Assembly (NCBI GenBank): GCA_038257035.1
Contig: JBBSJT010000005.1
Coordinates: 1 to 42,064, forward strand
Length of the DNA: 42,064 nucleotides
Source of the DNA: Chlamydiia bacterium
GTDB lineage: Bacteria > Chlamydiota > Chlamydiia > Chlamydiales > Parachlamydiaceae
Reading direction: 5' to 3'
In this document: in pieces, positions 37,371 to 42,064 of the stretch
Layout: each line of letters begins with the position of its first letter
Numbering within the stretch: the stretch's first letter is position 1
Translations under genes and position numbers: made by a program
Notes under the pieces: model-generated
What the model saw: only the letters and a program-made list of their open reading frames with translations
Database searches by the model: none
What the model was told of the DNA's origin: nothing

Positions 37371-38611
37371 ATGAAACTTTTTATTTGTCTATTCCTTGCC
37401 TCATTTAATTTATTGATAGGAACGACACGTCAAGTAACTGTTGGTGCTGATTTATTTTTTTCAAAAGAATACGCCTCGCTTCTTAATCAAAATAAATCGG
37501 GTTGATCACAAATCAGACGGCCGTTAACGTCAATATGGAATCAACCATCACTCTTTTAAAGCGAAATGCTAAAACCTACCATTACACAATCACAGCTCTT
37601 TTTGCCCCAGAACATGGAATAACTGGAGCAAGTCATGCCTCAGAGCAAATCCTCGATGAAAAAGATGAAGACAACATTCCCATCTATAGTCTTCATGGAA
37701 AAACAAGACGCATGACAAAAGAGATGTTAAAAAATGTTAATCTTCTTGTTTATGACATTCAAGATATAGGTTCAAGAAGCTATACATATATTGCCACTTT
37801 ATTTTATTCGATGGAAGAAGCCGCTAAATTAGGTATTGACGTTGTCGTTTTAGATCGTCCAAACCCAATAAACGGAGTTGTTATTGATGGCCCCATGCTA
37901 GATGACCCCTTAAGATCCATCGTTGGATACATTAATGTCCCTTATTGTCACGGAATGACCATTGGCGAGCTTAGCCAATTTTTTAATGCAGAGTATAAAA
38001 TCGGATGTAAACTTCATGTTGTAAAAATGAAGGGCTGGAATAGAAAAATGAGTTTTCCTGATACTGGTCTTGCCTGGATTCCAACAAGTCCAAATATCCC
38101 TGAGGCTACAACACCTTTATACTACCCGATGACCGGACTCATAGGTGAACTTCAAATTGTCAATATTGGCATCGGCTACACCCTCCCCTTTAAAGTGATT
38201 GGCGCCCCATGGATTGATGCCAAAAAATTTACACAAAAATTGAATGAACAAAAATTCCCGGGTGTCTATTTTGAACCTTTTTACTACAAACCCTTTTACG
38301 GTCGTTTTAAAAACGAGGAGTGTGAAGGGGCTCTTATCCTAGTAAAAGATCCTTTAACTTATAAGCCTGTTTCCACCCAATACCTGATGATCGGTATATT
38401 AAAAGCACTTTATCCCGACAATTTTTCTGCAGCAATTAATGCTTCAAAAGACCGCCGAGAAATGTTTAACAAAGTCAATGGATCGCCTGAAATCTACAAG
38501 ATCATGACAGAACTGACCAATATCGTCTGGAAACTACGCTCCTTTCAAGAAAAAGAAAGGGCAGACTTTAAGGAACATCGAAAAAAATACCTCATCCCCG
38601 ACTACTCCTGA
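37371..38611 (+). pseudogene. namZ: DUF1343 / NamZ-like exo-beta-N-acetylmuramidase, frameshifted near 37495
   Basis: 37371-37505 encodes a signal peptide plus QVTVGADLF; 37502-38611 encodes ITNQTA, LFAPEHG, DIQDIGSRSYTY, LDRPNP, HGMTIGE, PTSPNIP. One extra base joins them (..NKIGLITNQT). Confidence 0.8.
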
Positions 38612-38638
38612 ACGTTTGGGACATACACGTTTCTCTTC

Positions 38639-38890
38639 ACCGCTAAGTAGTCATTTTTTTACCGCGAAGAGCGCGAAGGAAGACGCGAAGGCACGCGAAG
38701 AAGCGCAGCTTATGCTGCGAAAAGAAGAGAAGAAAGAAGGAAGCTTTTTTGTTAATAGTTTAAAACATCATCTTTAGAAAATAATAGGCCATTAATTGTT
38801 GTCTTTTTTCGCAGCATAAGCTGCGCTTCTTCGCGCGCCTTCGCGTCTTTCTTCGCGCCCTTCGCGGTGAAAAAATGCCTACTTAGTGGT
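38639..38890. repeat. Long palindromic element (CGCGAAG-type arms)
   Basis: ACCGCTAAGTAGTCATTTTTTTACCGCGAAGAGCGCGAAGGAAGACGCGAAGGCACGCGAAGAAGCGCAGCTTATGCTGCGAAAA with its inverted copy ending ...CTTCGCGGTGAAAAAATGCCTACTTAGTGGT. Confidence 0.92.
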
Positions 38891-38897
38891 TGTCTTG

Positions 38898-40526
38898 TTA
38901 GATCCAGGATTGGACGATGGGAAAGCGTCTTCCAACGGTAAAGGCCTTCTCGGAAACACGAAGACCGGGAGGCGCTTGGCGGCGCTTATATTCATTTTGA
39001 TGGATTTTTTTGATGAGGTCTTTGACAATATTTAGAGGGTAATTGAATTTGTCTGCGATTTGATCTGGTGACATATGCTCTTCTAAATGGCTTATAAGGA
39101 CATTATCCACAATTTCATATTCAGGAAGTGTGTCTTGATCCTTTTGATTAGATCGCAATTCGGCTGTTGGGGCTCTTGTAAGAGTGTTTTTGGGAATAAT
39201 TTCATTTTCGCGGTTAATCCAATGGGACAAAGCATAAACTTGAGATTTAGTTACATCGCTAATTACAGCAAGACCTCCACACATATCTCCATAAAGAGTG
39301 CAATAACCAAGGGCCAATTCAGATTTATTACCTGTTGCTAATACAATCGATCCAAATTTATTGGAAAAAGACATTAAAATCATGCCACGAATTCGCGCTT
39401 GAATGTTTTCTTCGGTTACATCAAAAGGCTTGTTTTCAAAAAATGGTTCCAAAAGTTCAAGATAAGTTACAAAAGGTGATTCGATAGGAATTTCTTTAAA
39501 TTCGCAGCCCAAATTTTCACACAGCTTTTTAGCGTCGATGAGGCTGTCAGAGCTTGAAAATCTCGAGGGCATTGCTATGCAAAGAACATTATCTCTGCCT
39601 AATGCTTCAACTGCAATGCAGGCCACAAGTGCAGAATCTATTCCTCCTGAAAGACCAAGAACAGCTTTTTTAAAATTAAGCTTGTGAAAATAATCGCTGC
39701 ATCCAAGAACTAGTGCTTGATAAAGATTCGAATAGCTGTTTTCTACTATTTTTTTAGGTTTTAAACTTAAGGGTAAATCAACTACTAAAAAATCTTCTGT
39801 AAACCCTTTTGCCATCTCCAAAAGATCACCTTTTTCATTAAAAACCATGCTAAACCCATCAAAAACAAGGCTGTCATTGGCTCCAACTTGATTGCAATAA
39901 AAAAAAGGTGCTGAAATGGTTTTAGCTGCGTTTTCACAGATTGCCATTCTGTTTTTTTGGTGAGTCTGACAATACGGAGAGGCCGAAAGATTTAAAACCA
40001 AGTCGGGTTTTTGTTCTTTTAACTGAATGACAGGTTCTTTCAAGTATTTAGATTCATGTTCTGTATGACGCCAGATATCTTCACAAATAGTAATACCCAC
40101 TCGTTTGTCATTGATTTGCCAAATTTTTGAAAGGTGACCGGGTTTAAAATAGCGCCTTTCATCAAAAATATTATAGGTTGGAAGTAAAATTTTATCTTGA
40201 TAACCCAAGAGTTTTTGATTTGAAATAACTGCCGCACTGTTAAAAAGGGGCTTACCCCTAGCTTTGTTATTTCTTCTAATCGTGCCAACAACTGCCGTTA
40301 TCCCCTTTGTTGCTTGAATAATAGTTTCAAGTGCTAATTCATTTTGCTTGATGAAATCAGGCAAAGTCAAAAGATCTTCCGGAGGATAACCACATAGAAC
40401 AAGCTCTGAAAAAAGGATAATTTCGGCTTTTAAAGTTCTTGCCTCATCAATTGCCATGATGATTTTGGCAAGATTACCTTTAATGTCCCCTATGATTGGG
40501 TTCAGTTGTGCTAGAACAATACTCAT
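38898..40526 (-). CDS. nadE: Glutamine-dependent NAD+ synthetase
   Basis: Nitrilase domain (EL...GYPPEDL, K.LLPTY..FDE.RYF, ICEDIW) plus GLSGGIDSA, ENIQARIRG, TGNKSE, TLYGD, NEYKRRQAP. Confidence 0.96.
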   Translation of the reverse strand: MSIVLAQLNPIIGDIKGNLAKIIMAIDEARTLKAEIILFSELVLCGYPPEDLLTLPDFIKQNELALETIIQATKGITAVVGTIRRNNKARGKPLFNSAAVISNQKLLGYQDKILLPTYNIFDERRYFKPGHLSKIWQINDKRVGITICEDIWRHTEHESKYLKEPVIQLKEQKPDLVLNLSASPYCQTHQKNRMAICENAAKTISAPFFYCNQVGANDSLVFDGFSMVFNEKGDLLEMAKGFTEDFLVVDLPLSLKPKKIVENSYSNLYQALVLGCSDYFHKLNFKKAVLGLSGGIDSALVACIAVEALGRDNVLCIAMPSRFSSSDSLIDAKKLCENLGCEFKEIPIESPFVTYLELLEPFFENKPFDVTEENIQARIRGMILMSFSNKFGSIVLATGNKSELALGYCTLYGDMCGGLAVISDVTKSQVYALSHWINRENEIIPKNTLTRAPTAELRSNQKDQDTLPEYEIVDNVLISHLEEHMSPDQIADKFNYPLNIVKDLIKKIHQNEYKRRQAPPGLRVSEKAFTVGRRFPIVQSWI

Positions 40527-40547
40527 TTATTGGACTCTTTAAAATTT

Positions 40548-41861
40548 TTAACTTCCAAAGTCATCCAGAACAATATTTTCACGAGGAACGCCATAATCAT
40601 CAAGGAGCTTTAAAACACTCTTATTGTGAAGCGGAGGTCCACAAACATAAAAAAGAGCCTCTTCAGGATATTCCATTTGCTTTAATTGTCCAAGCTCAAA
40701 GGCCTTAAAAAGATAGTTTGTTTTGAGAGGGTCTTTTGCCGGCCAACCTGATTCAATATCTTCCGGTAGCGGCTCTGAAAGAACTAAATTATAGCTAAAA
40801 TTAGGAAATTCAGATTGCAGTTTTCGGTATTCTTCCTCATAGATATTTTCACGAAGGCTTCTTGCTCCATACCAAAATGAAACTTTACGTTTTGTTTTTT
40901 CTGTTTTAAAAAGCTGTAAAACATGACTTCTTCCAAAGGAAGAGCCGGCCCCTCCAATTAAAAAAACAAGTTCTCTATCATCAGCTTTCATAAAAGATTC
41001 ACCATAAGGGCCTGACAATTTAATTTTGTCACCAGGCTTTAAACCAAAAGTATAACTAGAACAAATTCCCCAAGGTATGTCTTCGGCTATTTTTCCTTGA
41101 ACAAAGGGGGGGGTTGCAATGCGAATATTGAATCTAAGTGTTTTACCCTCAGCAGGATAAGATGCCATCGAATACGCTCTAATAATTGCATTGCTTCCGG
41201 TAGGTAAATCGGAAAAATCAACTTCTTTTCCAAATAGACTAAACTTTTCCCAATCAGGAAAATAAGCTTGATTCATCGTTTGCTTCCACTCTTCTGTATT
41301 CGTTTTAAAGGGAGGAACGTGAAATTGCAAATAACCACCGGCTTTATACGGAATCTCAGAGCCTTCCGGCAATTCAACAATCAGCTCTTTGATAAAAGTG
41401 GCGACATTTTCATTACTGATTACGGTGCCTTCCCATTCTTTTACATCAAGAGACTCTTCATCGACATGAATTTTCATATCATTTTTAACTTTATGCTGAC
41501 AGGAAAGACAGAACCCTTCTTTAAGTTGTTTTTTTGTAAAAGTTGATTTTTCAGTTTCAAGAGGTGGCTCCCCTCCCTCTATCACTTGAATCACGCATTG
41601 TTTACAGGTCGCCTTTCCACCGCAGGGACTGGGGATTGGTATTCCGTTAGATGTTAAGGCTAAAAGAATTGTCGATCCACCCTCAACTTCAAGGGTTAAC
41701 TCAGGATCATCATTAATCATGATTTTGCATTTTTCCTGGGATACAAGCTTTGCCCTTGTAAAAAGAATGAGTGATGCCAGTCCAACCCCAATGATTGTAA
41801 AAGCTGCGATGGCATAAAATGAAAGGATCGGATCTATTCCTAAAAAACTGCTTAAAATCAT
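40548..41861 (-). CDS. nqrF: Na+-NQR subunit F
   Basis: N-terminal TM helix; 2Fe-2S motif CGGKATCKQC...LSCQ; NVATFIKEL, RAYSMASYP, GPYGE, YVCGPP; terminal DDFG. Confidence 0.96.
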   Translation of the reverse strand: MILSSFLGIDPILSFYAIAAFTIIGVGLASLILFTRAKLVSQEKCKIMINDDPELTLEVEGGSTILLALTSNGIPIPSPCGGKATCKQCVIQVIEGGEPPLETEKSTFTKKQLKEGFCLSCQHKVKNDMKIHVDEESLDVKEWEGTVISNENVATFIKELIVELPEGSEIPYKAGGYLQFHVPPFKTNTEEWKQTMNQAYFPDWEKFSLFGKEVDFSDLPTGSNAIIRAYSMASYPAEGKTLRFNIRIATPPFVQGKIAEDIPWGICSSYTFGLKPGDKIKLSGPYGESFMKADDRELVFLIGGAGSSFGRSHVLQLFKTEKTKRKVSFWYGARSLRENIYEEEYRKLQSEFPNFSYNLVLSEPLPEDIESGWPAKDPLKTNYLFKAFELGQLKQMEYPEEALFYVCGPPLHNKSVLKLLDDYGVPRENIVLDDFGS

Positions 41862-42004
41862 GACTTACCTCATAGTTATTTTATAGCTAATTACTCCATT
41901 TCCAATCAACAGCCATATTTATCCGACCAATAATATTTTTTTAACACCGAGCACCGAGAAAGCGAGAGAGTTAATTAAGGCATTACACAAATTGCAATTT
42001 GTTT

Positions 42005-42064
42005 GATTTTTTACCAGTGAGTCAGTGTGATGGACATGAGGGCAGTGTGTGGCTTTGTTTGCAG
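42005..42064 (+). repeat. Left arm of a CAGTGAG-type element (truncated by the window edge)
   Basis: GATTTTTTACCAGTGAGTCAGTGTGATGGACATGAGGGCAGTG aligns with 35922-35965. Confidence 0.8.

Noticed and set aside
38654..38875. Palindromic elements as CRISPR arrays or bidirectional terminators
   Set aside because: There is no repeat-spacer periodicity and no cas gene; the T-tract precedes the stem on both strands, opposite to terminator polarity.
14294..41861. nqrBCDE separated from nqrF, with nqrA absent
   Set aside because: A split nqr arrangement is the known situation in Chlamydiae.
1..42064. DGR template repeat, reverse transcriptase or transposase in this window
   Set aside because: By eye I found no second copy of 27229-27318, and no ORF shows RT (YxDD context), DDE or HUH transposase features.

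Overview
AT-rich bacterial window, most likely from an environmental Chlamydiae (Parachlamydiales-like) genome. This is inferred from the split nqrBCDE/nqrF arrangement, the aroDE fusion and the F-box effector-like genes. Core genes are ribE, nqrBCDE, nqrF, aroDE, rsmD, pcrA/uvrD, putA, queD, folE and nadE, plus a frameshifted NamZ-like gene. Three accessory signals stand out. (1) An F-box protein (27229-28089) ends in an abrupt 59% GC tract of NNC codons that looks like the variable region of a diversity-generating retroelement (DGR); no RT or template repeat is in this window. (2) An MNIO (DUF692)/DUF2063 RiPP cluster has two different Cys-containing precursors that share one leader type. 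(3) A dense family of long intergenic palindromic elements has arms built from 7-9 nt purine-rich units that differ between copies but stay complementary within each copy. REP-like and MITE-like inverted repeats are also present. No tRNA, rRNA, CRISPR array or transposase was seen.
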